NCBI GenBank assembly: GCA_002189035.1
Contig: NEEC01000009.1
Span: 2,046,001 to 2,110,000 of the forward strand
Length of the DNA stretch: 64,000 nt
Direction: 5' to 3'
Origin: Utricularia gibba
Taxonomy: Eukaryota > Plantae > Magnoliophyta
Below are positions 51,101-64,000 of the stretch, piece by piece; position 1 is the first letter of the stretch, and each line of letters starts with the position of its first letter. The position numbers and the translations under genes were made by a program. Under the pieces are notes generated by a model. The model was not told the DNA's origin. It made no database searches and was given only the letters and a program-made list of their open reading frames with translations.

Positions 51101-53628
51101 CTCGCACGTTTCAGCCAGCTCGGGATATGTTTGTCACAGTATAAAGAATGTCTTATTGGCGCTTCACGGCACGATTCTGCACATTCCTGAGGCAATGAAC
51201 CGATGCAAAACGGCTTCTCATCGATACTACCTCCATGCTGCTCAGAGTACTGACCGGTGCTGCTTTCCTGGACAGTGCTTCTTTTGTTACCTGACAAGGG
51301 ATCTCCAGAAGGAGGGCTCCCATGTTCTCCAGTAACCAAATGCTTTGTGATAATTCCACTATCTGAACTAAAATTGGCATCTTCAGTTTTCCTTTTGATC
51401 CCGTGAACTGAAGGCATCACACTTTTTCCATCCTGCGGCCCATGCTTCTTGCAGAAAGAAGAACCAAACAGAGCTCTGTGCTTGCATTTTGTCCCAAGAA
51501 CTGTTGTACCTTCACACAGTAGTAAATCATGATGATGAACTGTTACCAATTTTGCAGAATTTTCCCTGGAACGGGAAGCTAAATGCACACAGCAATAGAC
51601 TTCTCCTTCGTTAGCAAACCTCACACATTGCCGTCCTTTGGATTCAATAAATGCTGCACACTGTCGATTATGACTTCCCAACTCCACGAACTTCGAATTG
51701 ACAAAGCTCTCAGGTGTCAACTCTGCATCTGTTACCTTGCCCTTGCTCACATTATCTACTGAATCATTCCATTGATCAGGCACATCACTGATGCATCCAG
51801 CCACTGCTGAGGAGCCCGGGAGAGTTTCCTTTGTTGGCTTTCCAGATTCAAATAATGCATTATTTCCAATGTCATGCTCCTTAAGAATACTCATCTCTGC
51901 TTCCACAGAACCATGAGCCTGTGTATCAGCTCGACGAACCTCGAGCTTTGGCCTCTTCCTGGCCATCTGATTTCCAATTGTTGATAGGCTCTCAAAGGCA
52001 GCTTTCTCTGATCCCACAGCAGTAGTCACATGATGTGAAAATGAAAACCACTTCATAACTTCTTGTTTCCAACTCTTCCATTCAGATCCAGGATCCACTT
52101 TTGCCGCCTCATTTGACACTACGGTTACCTCATTCCACAAGATGGACAAAGCTAATTCCTGAACCGAGAAGGATCAAAACAAATCCAAGTTGGCCCAAGG
52201 ATATACCTTAACATTAGCCCACGAACAAATTACCTCTTTTAACAGCTCTATGCATTCAGCAGTATTTGCATTCTCACATTGTTGCTTCCAGGATTGCACT
52301 GAACTCTGAAGCCAACCTGAGTCTAGACACCGAGGAAGTACCATCTGGAGAACAAAGATTAAAGGATGACAAGTTATTCGCCAGAAACAATGTGGAAAAA
52401 CTCAATAGCTTGAAAGATAGTTGGTGGAAAAAAACAAAGTATTTAAACTTACAACAAGATGAAATCAAATATAGAAAATGAATCATTAGACGGTTGAAAA
52501 TATTACAGTTAGAAGTCTTAGAAGCATCCCTCCAAGTTCAGTGTACTCTTTGCAACGTGAAGCATCCCGAGCAAAATCCTTCAAAATTTTCACATCACGA
52601 GCAGTCTCTACCAAAGCCTGATATTTTCATGAGGTATTCACTAAAAAAATTGAATGAAAAAGAGAATGGTGCGACGTTCATATTTATCATGTAAGGGAAT
52701 CAGTGAGCAAAAGAAAATAAAAAATTTCCATTGAGCAAACCTCACGGCTCAACTGATCAAGAATATTTAGCATGCCCACAGCCAGCTTCTGCATGATAAA
52801 TCGATGAGCAATGCTCAAATCCCTTGCCATCTTTGCAGCAACTACATGACTAATGTATGTCATTGGCTGTGGAGATTCAATGATAGGACGAATCAGCAGA
52901 ACATCAGCCCACGAGTAATTTCTTGTCTGGGGAAAGAATATCACAAGATACTGTTTCCTATCATGCGTTGGTTTTGCCCTCAAAGTCGACAATGGCCAGT
53001 CAGCTCTGGCACACTGTATCCCTGGCTGCCATTTCCCTCTCCACTGTAAACGAAAAAAAAGGATGTGATACTGGAAAATCATAACAGCACATTTGATACC
53101 GATCCATGCAATGAGGTTTCACCACAAAAAGGTGCAATTATCCAAATTGAGCATAATAGAGCGATACCTTTACCCATACTGCTTGGGTTTATCTGTTTCT
53201 ATGGTGTTGGTTTGGAAGTGGGATGTGCTGCTAGTCGGGCTGTTAACAGCGACTTCACTTTCAACTGTATCCTCTGCTGTATCCATGGTATCCATTGCAA
53301 AATCAGGTCCAGGAAAATGATCATCATTTCCTTTTTCCAGATCATCATCTGAGTCATGAGAGCCGCAGGAAATGTTTTGACCCTCAAGTTCAAGATCATA
53401 AAATGTTTCACCATTAGAGCAGCCTTCTGAGGGAAGGAAATTATGTAAAACAATGTGATTGCCATCTTCTTTCACTTCATGATGTTTCCCAAGTGGATCT
53501 GAGATTCCATCAGAATTAGTATCTGTTCTAACTTGTTCTTTCCCAAGTTCCAGCGCTGCCTCTGAAACCTTGTCAGTGGACTCAGATTCTCCAGAATTAA
53601 GGACACCAGTACATGAAAGAACTTCCAT
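48162..53628 (-). CDS. SUVR5: Histone-lysine N-methyltransferase SUVR5 (C2H2 zinc fingers, pre-SET/SET/post-SET)
   Basis: WRGKWQPGIQCARADWPLSTL, C2H2 fingers (CKICSE, CAICLD, CRFCGL), LCDDISFGQE, INHSCSPN, GEELTYD, CLCGSSNCRGRLY*. Confidence 0.94.
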
Positions 53629-55460
53629 AATTTAGCACTTAGTTCCAGTTTGTATTCCCAGCATCCTCTGAGGAAAGGCAACAAGGTCACTGAAGAGTTT
53701 CAAGTTAACAATGACTCCATGAAACCTCACAAAAACAAGATCAAACTTTATCAAGGGTCAAAATCAGAGACCCAAATCCGGAAACATACCTCAACACAAA
53801 AACAACTTTATCAAGATTCAGTGGGAACAAAGTTGTCATCAACAAGAGCGTATTTTCACATCCAAAATTCAAGATTAAACTTTCTAGCAACATGATCGTG
53901 CACCCTTGCAGAATATTGACAGAGATGCATGCATGGTAATTTTGCATTGCTATCTAATCTCCCGAGAGTTCCAAAACAAATAATGTAATCAAGAAAGAGT
54001 TCATCTGCATGAAAAAAACACCCAAGAAAGAGAGTTACAACAATTGGCTACTGTTTGTGCTGACCAAATAAGCCATTTGTTAAGCAATCAAATTTTTCAT
54101 CGATGCAACATGTATAGCAAAGCCCATTGCGGTTCCTCTAGTTTACAGCATAAAAAATAAGCAGTATGAATCATGGCATGCTGTTCAAAGCGAAAATCTG
54201 CTGTCAAAACAGTAACTGTAACATAATAACTGATACGAAAAAAAAAATTGTCTAAATTATTTACATATACGTGTGTAATAACCTGTACCGCCTCATCTTG
54301 AACATGACCAATAAATTCTGATATTACAACGACGAACTGTCAAGGTTGTTATTTTTACGGTTAAACTTGAAATGAAATCCCGTACAACGCTGTAAACAGG
54401 CGCCCAGTTGACTCCAGACTAATTAAGGCACACCCGTAAATTAAATAATTGCCCCTCGGCTAAAAATACTTAATTGAGCAAAATGAAGTGATTCAAAACC
54501 CTAGCCAAGTAGGCGCAATGAAATCCATGGGAGTTTCAAGAACAATTAAAGCAAACGCAAAGAGGGTCTTAACAAGAAGTACAAAGGGGAAGAACTGAAG
54601 GCATATCAAGTTTCAATTTGACAATCCATGCAGCATAAAAATGGTATCTTTAGACGAAACCAGTTCAGTTGACCCAGAACAGAAACGCATGGAAGCAGAT
54701 TCGGAAGTCCCACCAAAACCAATTTCATTTATCGGGGGAGAAGCCTTGTGGCCAGGTCACGACAATGCTGCCATTAATCATGTTACACATCCAAAGATGC
54801 ACACATCTGTAACAACATGGAGGCATGGCCAATCACACACAATCAGATACGAGTCCATGTTAATGTACCTTAAAGAAGTTGTAGATCACCCTCTTGGATG
54901 TGGGTCTGTATCTTGGGCAAGGTTTTGACTAGGGATATTGTTAAAATTGCTAGGGAAACGCATCTTAGCTGTGGATTGTGCGTGAAAGACCAGATGCTAC
55001 CTATATACACACAATACATGTAACTAAATAGACATATCCGGCATATATTTCTCTATGTAACACAGCACAGGTCCAATATCAGGAAAGTGATCAAGAAAAA
55101 ATTAGTAAAAGGGAAAATGAAGGTTTTGAGGAGGAAGATGATGATGGGGGCACTATGAGGAAATGGTTAGGTCGATATCGAATTCAAGTGGCAGAGGTGA
55201 GAAGAGAGAGAGGATGAAGAAAAGCATTTCTTGTAGGAGGATTTTTCAGGGCAGAGGGACATGTTTCATGGTAGTGGTGAGGGTATTATTGACAATTCCT
55301 TTCTACAAAAAACCAAATAAATCAATTTTCACATTTTTATTAACATAAAAAAATATTTAATTATTATTAATCTGTAAAATATTAATAAAAATATTTTATA
55401 AGTGTTTTCAGGACAATGGCGATAACGTAGCAGTGCCCAGAACCAGACACAGGGAAGCGG

Positions 55461-56917
55461 TTATCGTTGTTGAACTGAGGAAAAGAGCTCCTGCAAGGAG
55501 CGTTTGGGAGCTTCAGCTCGAGCGACAATCTCCACAACTTTGTAATGGGACTCTGGTTGCAGTAAGGCCTCAACAGCAACTTCTGCAACATGATCTCTTG
55601 ATATTGAACCTGCAGATAATGTGTCCTGCATCCAGAAATGGGAAAAAGCCTCATGCCGGAGCACTGTCTCGAGAAAGCCATACAAACAGAATGCCTGCAG
55701 ACTCACCTCTGGCTCCATCACGATGTTGCCTGTGGGTGGCTCGTTCTTCAGCCCACCTGGTCGGATGATGGTGTAGTTTATACCAGATTTCCTGATGTGA
55801 TTCTCTGCCTGAAGCTTTGCTACAAGAGTCAACCCGAAGATGTTGAGGAAAATGTAAGCTGGATTGAGCAGCTGGCCCATTGCAGCTCCATTAACCAGGA
55901 TGGAGCTTATGAGTATGAATCTCTTCACATTCTGCTTGCGGCAGGCTTCAACTAAGTTCACAGTGCCGAAGTTGTCTACCTGCATGTACAGGTATGATGC
56001 AAATGGAATCGATTACAGTTAACTGAGGTGATGAAGAGGAGGCACACCTTCCACGGGGCTAGTAGATCGAAAGAGGGGCGAAAACCAGTAGCGCATACAA
56101 CTGCATCAGTGTCGTTGCTGATGACTGCTGCTAATTTGGTTGATCCCTCTGTCACATCAGCTTTCACCTGATGCAATAAGAAACTTAACGGTGTATGGAT
56201 GGAATGCTCCAAAACTTTCTTCCAATGAATCATTAAATTACAGACAGTAAGCCCCTTAAACACATAAATCATGACAGAGAGGCATATTTCTCTACTACTG
56301 GATTTTGAAGGGGTGAAAATTAGCTATGAGGATTCAGTAGGTGAAGATAATGAATAGCTCAACAGCGTTTGGTAAATGGAAAAACCATCGTGCCATGGTT
56401 TAGTATTTGCATGGAAGAAGCTCGATACTAACCAAACGCCGAAAATGAAGTTATCGCGAGTTGCATACAACAACAAATTGAGAAGAGAAACAACCCAGAA
56501 GGCAGAACTCACGATTTCAAGAAGAGGGTTGTCCCCAGAAAGACTAGATTTCGCCTTCTCCACATCTCTCACCCCCGCTCTGACCGCAAAACCCTTGGAT
56601 AAAAGCTGCTCCACGATCCTCTTTCCCGTGTTCCCGGTAGCCCCCGCAACAAAGATCTTTTTCCCCTTTCCCACTTCCTCTTTGATCCCGCTTCCTTCCA
56701 TCTGCACCAACACGAATACACCTACCAAATTGCACAATCAAGAAAATTCGGAAAATGAACAAACTAAATGGGGTAAAATTACTGTCTGGGGGACGGAAGA
56801 TGATGCTCTGATATGCAGAGGATAAAGTTTTGACTTTGAAAGAAATGGGGATGATCGAAGAGTCCTTATTCTGGGAAGGAGCCTAGACGAAGCAACACTG
56901 GCCACCGCCACAGCCAT
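55461..56917 (-). CDS. Chloroplast NAD(P)-binding Rossmann-fold (atypical SDR) protein, At2g34460-like
   Basis: Transit peptide, IFVAGATGNTG, DAVVCATGF, VDNFGTVNLVEAC, YTIIRPGGL, GSISRDHVAEVAVEAL. Confidence 0.92.
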
Positions 56918-58774
56918 CACCAGTGGCTCTAGTTTATTCTAACGAAATAATACTTGATATTTACTTCGAAAATTAGTTGGGTTTTCTGGTCTTGGGACCG
57001 TCTAGAAGAGTCTGGCTTCCTCTTTCTTATTCCTCAAGTTCACAAAGTTGTAACTTTCAATGTATCTATTTGTCAACTTTGAGACTGGATTTCCGTATTA
57101 CTGGGAAGATTTTGCTACTGTGCCCTTTGAATCAGAAGGAGCATTTACTCCAGGATCATGCAAAACAGGACCTTTTGATCAGATGCTCTTTCTATCTGCG
57201 ACAAGTCTCGTAAGATAAACACTGCCAAGTCTCCAAGAATCCAGCATGCCGCCCCATTAAAATGCAGTCAATCCGAGTCACAGACTGTGATACAACACAG
57301 TGGTCCAATGACTGGAAATAATGGGATGTGCAACTAGGAAAGAACAACCATTTGATGGATATGGAACTTTAGTTGGTGGAAAGCCTATCTGCAATGTGAA
57401 ACGTGTAAAGCTGTGTTGGGATTATATAGATACGAGAAAACTCAGGGGAAATTTGAATTCACATTGGGGAACTGGTTTGTAGAATCGCTTTCATTTTCCC
57501 CTCAAAGTGTCATGCTTCTCAACAAAAAAGAATCTTGGTTCTGAAACCTTTCTCTGGGAAGAGGAGAAAGTGGTAAGCGATGGTCACTGATTACTGATTT
57601 TTCCCAGATACAGTCTCGTAGCCATTTACATTTGGCATTAACTTATTTGTCAAGATTCTGTTAAAAAGGTGGGTTTACTCCATTCTGTACATCTGTTGTA
57701 AAACTGAAGAGACAACAGCAGTTCAGCATGCAGCAAACAAGATGAGTTCCCAGATCCCTCGAGGCTTCCAAGATTGTGTTGTGTGATTCTACGACAAATC
57801 ATACGTATCTTGGACAACTGGGGCATCATCCAATTCCCAAATTTTCCGATGGTAAAATTGAATCATTGCCCATACTTCTGCACAAGTGTTGATCAATCAT
57901 GGTGCACGTAAAATGTGATACAAATTCTACCTCGAATCCCTAATTCCCTGGTCCCAACTTTTTGCTTTCACTTTACAGTTTGGCAATTCTGTATCCTCTT
58001 TTCAGTACCTTTTTCTACGGGATTCTTCATCTAATAACCATTTCTCTCCGTCGTTTCTTGTTTTGTCATCTTCACGTTTTTGTGTAGGGGTTGGGGGAGA
58101 TTTTTTTTTATATACATGGTTATGAACAGAGAATTTTGGACGTGTGACGGTATATGCAGTGTAGCGGCAAAAGGTATACCGGGTTGAAGCTATTGCGTAC
58201 CCGTGAAAGAAAGCTTTTTTTTTTTCAAAGGTAAAGCTACTAACCATGCACATTTTCCATGTCTCTCAGCCTAAAAGTTTATGCTTTCATGTTTCTCGAT
58301 TCCCCTTCGTGGGAGCATTTCTCTTTGTTCGTTTTGGCATTCATCCTGAGGCCTTCACCTTCACTAAAGAAAAGCCTACTATGTACTTCCTTTTTGTTGC
58401 TTTTGCTTCTTTTGACACCAAAACACAAAGGGCGAAGCGGAAATTGATGCCCGGCTTTGAGCTTTTCTTTAGGAAAGGAAGCATCTTGGAGTCAAAGGGG
58501 GTGACGCTCACCTTCTCACCCATTTTCGTATGTCCATATAACTGACTTTTTCTCTGTTCTGAACTTCAGACTCACTGAAAAGGAAAGCTTGTAAGCAACG
58601 AGAAAAATGGGTTTTTAACTGGAGCTGAGGTTTTTACAGAAGTCTTATGCTTAACTGGCCATTTCTGAAGACTCTTAGCTTACGGGTGGTAAGATTTCTC
58701 GCATGTTGTTGCATTATTGAGCTTTGGTTGTGTTACTGAAGGCATATGTAAATAGGTTCCTTTCTTGTGCTGAA

Positions 58775-61282
58775 ATGAATCTTCACGGATATAGCAGCAG
58801 CAAATGCTCTGCTCTGGTTAGGCACAAGCGTTGTCATAGGTAATCTGATTTTACTGACAAATTCATTTGTAGTTTAAAGAAACAAAGACTGAATCTAATT
58901 GCTTGTATAAATGTGCTACTTGCTTCTTTTCTGAACTGCCTCGTTACAATGCCAGCTTTCCTGATAGCAAAGGAGCAGAAGTTCCCGGAATAGCTGATGC
59001 TGAACAGATGGTATTCTTTGGACTTTAGAGCAGCAAGTTGTATTTGCTGCAACATATTGAAAATTATCATTCTTATGCCTTTAGGGTGTGAGGGGCTTGA
59101 TTCTTCCTAAATGCAATAAGAAGATGTTGTCGAATGCTGAGATTCATCGACCCTCAAGGCATGAGGTGAGGAAGACTATCGATCCTATGAATTTGAATTT
59201 ACTTTTGTTCCTGACATCAACATTGGATGGTGTGACATTGTTGCTTTCAGATACTTGTGCTTGAAAAACAGCTTGAAAAGGCACTCTGTTATGAGGCTTC
59301 CTGCTACGATAGTATGTCCATTGAACCTACTGTTCCTAAGGTAGATCTTCTTAACTACGAAGGCATGATTTTTTTTAGTTGTACTGATGTTTTTTGGACA
59401 TTTTCCAGTATGCAGCAGAACTAATAAGAGAAATTGCAGTATTGGAGGTAGAGGTTGAACACTTGGAACAGTATCTCCTTTCACAATACAGGAAAGCCTT
59501 TGATCAGCCTATTTCTTCAAAGAAAGATGAAGCATATAAGCCTTGTGTAGAATCACCGAGGAGAAGGCGCCTAGATTTCTCTGGATCACATATTGGATCA
59601 GGTGATTTCTCACCTGATACTGCTCTTAAAAATTCAAGAAGGGGAGCTAATGGACCAGATTCTGAGATGCACCGGTATCAGTCTTCCATGGTGCAACATT
59701 CCCAGCCTCTGTACACGATGGAGGTATGCAAGTTTTGTCACTGAAATGGATTCAGTATGCCATCAACCGTTCCCTGTGTTCATTGTTCCTGTAATCTTTG
59801 CATGAAGAAGTAACTTTTATGTGGTACTGCAGTACCCTGAAAACTCTTCAGCTCACATGATCAGCCTGGCTGAACACTTTGGTGCTTCTATTTCGGATCA
59901 TGTTCCAGCAACACCTAACAGACTATCAGAAGATATGGTGAAGTGCATATGCAATGTGTACTGCAAACTTGCAGATCCTCGGCCAGAAAATCATCCCTCC
60001 TCCCCAGTTCATCCTTCTCCTCTCTGGGGGGATACTCTCCAAATTATCAATGTGACTCCTGGAGCCCGAGATTCGGAAATGATTCATCGTCATTCGATGT
60101 TCATTCGGACAGCCCTTTTCATGTGCAGGGGCTGAAAGACTTCAGCAGCCTACATAGTACAATGATTGAAGTTAGCTGGATATACAGGGATAGAAAAAAA
60201 ATGGCTGAGGTGGAGTCCTTGTTAGAGAACTTCAGGTTTCACTGATACTTGTATGGATTCATTTCTAACATCTCAGGCTTCCAGGTTCACTGATCATGGT
60301 TCTTACAGGTCTCTCATTTCTCGCCTGGAAGGCGTAGATCCTAAGAAGATGACACACGAGGAGAAGTTAGCATTCTGGATTAACGTACACAATGCCCTTG
60401 TGATGCATGTATAATTATTCCTCTTCAAGGAGTATTCTGATAATCCACTATATTGTAGATTCATTCCTATCTCTTTTTTCTGATTAGCAGGCGTTTCTGG
60501 CATTCGGTGTCCCCAAGAACATCATGAGGCGTATGCTACTACTTATGAAGGTGATAAGCTTCTTCTCCCTCAGAGCTTAGAACTTGCAGGTTGCAAGCAA
60601 CCTCTGATCTTTTTCTGTAAACAGGCTGCCTACAACGTTGGGGGTCATGTTGTGAGTGCTGCCTGTATCCAGAACTCAATCCTCGGATGCAGAATGAATC
60701 ACCCAGTGCAGGTACAGAACTGGTTCAGTTCAACTCATCCTTCAGACAACACTGATGTCATCTCCAGTTTGAGTATATGTGTTCTATGGTGTGCAGTGGA
60801 TGAGGCTCTTGCTCCCATCAAAACCAAAGCAGGTGTACGGCATCCACCGCCCTGAGCCTCTTCTCCACTTCGCACTCTCCTCAGGATGCCACTCCGATCC
60901 TGCAGTAAGCTCATCCTCCGCCTTGCTTCCTCTTCAACACAAATGCTGGTCAATGCCTCACCATCCCTGGCATCCGCAGGTTCGTGTCTACCATCCCAAA
61001 AGGGTGCTTCGCGAGCTGGAAGCTGCGAAAGACGACTACATTCGAGCGACTCTCAGTGCCCAGAAAAACCACAGAATCCTTCTCCCCAAGATCATACACT
61101 CGTTTGCGAAAGACGCAGGACTCTGCCAAGCTGGAATCATGAAAATGGCCCAGCAATCTCTCCCTGATTCGTGTACCAAGAACTCCCAGCAGACGAAGAA
61201 GAACCGGAGAAGGATCGAATGGATGCCTCACAACTTCGCCTTCAGGTACCTGATAATGAAAGATCTCATCAACCAAGTATAA
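58775..61282 (+). CDS. DUF547 protein with MIP1 leucine zipper (At5g66600-like)
   Basis: RHKRCHS, ELIREIAVLEVEVEHLEQYLLS, PNRLSEDMVKC, EKLAFWINVHNALVMH, KAAYNVGGH, EPLLHFALSSG, WMPHNFAFRYLI. Apparent -1 frameshift at 60002-60005. Start codon is tentative. Confidence 0.88.
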
Positions 61283-62252
61283 CTCATCCTGATCCTAACC
61301 TTCAAGAAACTGATGCCCCCGTCCCTATCGAATTCTTCTGTGTAGAAAATAGAAAGTGTTCCTAGGGTTTATAATTTGATATACTTCAAATTAAAATAAA
61401 AACAGAAACGGGTTACCTTTTGTAGTAAAGTCAATTTAATTAAACAAATTATCCTCATGTCTGAAGTGTTTCATATTATTGATGAAAACTTTTCTTTGTC
61501 TGCCATAAGGAAAACGCGTTGACTTTCTGGGAAGACATTACAATGACCCTTTGACCCTCGACTCCTAATAGAAGCACGTGATCGGCACATTAATCATCAG
61601 GCGGCGAAATTCATTAATATATATAGTGTATTTAAAAGCAGTCAACGTGGCTTGCACTCCAAGCACAAGGTTTTTTTATCAATAAATGTTTTTATTATTT
61701 TTAATAATAATAAGAGATATGATATAAATATTTAGTTCTAATCAATTATTGAAAAGATAAATTTTCTATTTGTATCAATTTAAAACACTAACTATTCTTA
61801 TACGTTTTTCATTAAATCTAATTATAATTATTCAATTCGGAATAAATATATAATTTTCTTTTTTAGTACTGTTACTTATGTAGTAATCTATATACATATC
61901 CATATCTCATGTTGATTTTAACGTGGACGACCAAATCTACTACCCTTAGCTTATTGGTTTGGTTGCACGGCTGTAGGGAAGTTACATGTTTTTTTATTAT
62001 TATTATGTGATAATAATATTATTTTGTTAATATAAAAAAGGAGTAATCGTGGATCACCAAAATATTGATGGAAAGAATAGAAAAATAATAAAAGATAGTA
62101 AATGGGGGGATACAGCTGGAGCTCGCTCAACTATAATTGATGGATGAATGGCAGTGCAGGGCTGGGCGTGTGCAGGGCTAGTAGAGAACATAATGGGAGC
62201 TACCACTCCCGCCAGCTGGAACCCAGAAATTAATTATTAATAATCCATTTTC

Positions 62253-62276
62253 ATTATTATTATTATTATTATTATT
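62253..62276 (+). repeat. (ATT)8 microsatellite
   Basis: Read directly from the sequence. Confidence 0.85.
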
Positions 62277-62976
62277 AGTAAGAGAAGAATAAGAATTAGG
62301 GTATCTTTGATATTAATTCAAAAAATAACTTCAAATAATTGATTTTAGAAACGTTTCAGTTTTTTTTAGAGCATGAATACCTCAGTTTCTAAAAAAATCG
62401 AAACATTTCATTATTTTAATTTTAACTCCATGTAAAACAGAATCAATTCTAGAAATAATTCTACTAAAGCAGAAACTATACACGAAACAGACTCTTAATA
62501 TATTTTTTTCCAGTAGCATTAGCAATTGAGGGGCATGCATGCAGTTGAGCCAAGGGATCAAGGTGTCACGTCAGATGTCAAACCGGATTAAGTCCTTACC
62601 TAACTACGCTTCATGTCGCTGTCTACCGACTCCACCCCCATTCCTTTTATTTATTTATTAATTTATTATTAGTAGTAGTATTATTATTGTTTTGTTTTAA
62701 TTTTAGACGCAAATATAACTGGATAAAGTTTGGGAGATTGTAGTGAAGTAATTAAAGTGCGAGATTAATTAAAACTGGTCAGAATTTCCAAATCAGTTGC
62801 GTACGATTTCTGTGACGTGGTGAAAGAAACAAAGAGAATAACGATTTGATTTTTCTTTATTTCTTTTTTATTTTGTGTAGACGATTTCAGAATATCATCA
62901 TCGGCGCTACGAATTCCATAATAGTATTAACAGAGTAGTATTTTTTTTAAATAAAGAATGTTTTCCAAAAAATAAC

Positions 62977-63463
62977 CTACTCCGGAATCATGGTGAGATT
63001 GGGGCGATCTTCCCCGTCGGGAGGAGGAGCCGCTGGTGCGCCGACGTCCGGATCTACTGGCGGCGCTCACGATTCTCGCATTCCTGGAGGATGCTGCGTC
63101 GAGGGGGAACACGAGGTCCTTGCGGCGACATCCGCATTTATCGCTGCGGTTAGCTAGGGCGGCGCTGGCTTTGACGGCCAATGCGGCCATCTCCCCGGCG
63201 TCGAGGCGGTGGCGCAGCCGATTGAGAGGCAGCTCGAAGTAAAGCTGCCCAGGCTGTAACTCCTCGTCGTCGCGGACGGCGGAAATCACGTCGTCGAAAT
63301 CCATTTCGTCGGAATTGCAGATGAAGCACCCGGGATTCTTCTGCACCACGTAGGATGCCCGTACAGGGCACGAAAACTCCAGCAATCTCCCGTCGTGGAG
63401 TATCAGTTTCGCGGTGGTGGCCACCGCCGCCGCATCGGCGTCGCATGAGCTACAGTTTCCCAT
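62977..63463 (-). CDS. PADRE/DUF4228 domain protein with N-terminal myristoylation/palmitoylation motif
   Basis: MGNC start, AKLILHDG, CFICNSDEMDFD, EELQPGQLYFELP, EMAALAVKASAAL. The family-like end LTMIPE* (stop 62977-62979) is out of frame as assembled; the ORF track runs on to 62927. Confidence 0.88.
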
Positions 63464-64000
63464 CGCAAAATCAAGAAAAGATCGATCAGTGCGCCCCTAG
63501 CTCCACTCTCCCCCCGTATGCGTGTTGCAGTACGCGTTTTCCGGATCGAAGAGAGTGACACGTCAGCAGGCGGGGGTGAAAACCGAAAGGTGAAAGAAAG
63601 GCTGGAAGCAACGCATATCGTTTGGGCGGTATTTATGTACTCCGGGGAGGCTGCGGGTTGCCAGCCTGTAAGGTCCGGATGACAGCCTGGCTTTTGAGAG
63701 ACGGAATTACCCATATCGACCACTCCTCTTCCTCCTAATCTCACCCATCCCATCACTATCTCCTTTACAAAAAAAAAAAAGATTTCTAAAACGTCTTTGT
63801 ATATATAATTCTGAAAAAAAATGAAGTGGGGAGTTTTTCAATTATTTCTAAATTTGATAACAAAATTATTTATAGATTATGATTCAGTATGCGCTCATTT
63901 ACAATGCCAGTGAATTAGATTATAGATTTTGAAAATATCACAACATTTATAATATTTTTTTTATAAAAAAACTATCATTAAAATGATCAATTTTTCGATT

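Noticed and set aside
56977-57900. Possible missed gene or pseudogene between the Rossmann-fold and DUF547 genes
   Set aside because: No recognisable motif in the frames I examined and no consistent exon structure.
58607-58618. ATG GGT TTT TAA as a relic ancestral MGF start of the DUF547 gene
   Set aside because: Three codons only and not linkable in frame to the RHKR exon; probably a chance minimal uORF.
62546-62555. TGAGCCAAGG resembling the 5' half of miR169
   Set aside because: Only 10 nt match, the 3' half differs, and I see no star arm or hairpin.
1-64000. CRISPR arrays, tRNA/rRNA genes, intact transposons, organellar insertions
   Set aside because: None seen; the window is ordinary intron-containing plant nuclear DNA.

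Overview
Eukaryotic nuclear DNA from a very gene-dense eudicot: 20 protein-coding genes in 64 kb, introns mostly about 65-300 nt, and many intergenic gaps under 500 bp. This compaction resembles Lentibulariaceae (Utricularia/Genlisea), which is an inference, not an identification. Gene order recalls two Arabidopsis blocks from memory. The first is FtsHi3 / TBL19-21 / At5g15880-like / ICME / GEX3. The second is LYK4 / DAR1 / BLH2-4 / SUVR5 / DUF547 / PADRE, with At1g54780-790-like TLP18.3 and GDSL genes in between. I found no tRNA, rRNA, CRISPR array or intact transposon. Four otherwise intact genes have frame breaks at short G/C runs that appear one base too short, most likely long-read assembly errors. 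The most interesting observations are: (1) a tandem TBL paralog that has lost both cysteines of one predicted disulfide; (2) a LYK4/LYR3-type LysM receptor with no room for an NFP-type neighbour; (3) a dense TCP/ARF/G-box island in an unusually long spacer upstream of BLH2/4, whose spliced leader carries an overlapping uORF; (4) four GC-AG introns; (5) two small apparently spliced loci with no recognisable product. I did not find a clearly novel multi-gene system.
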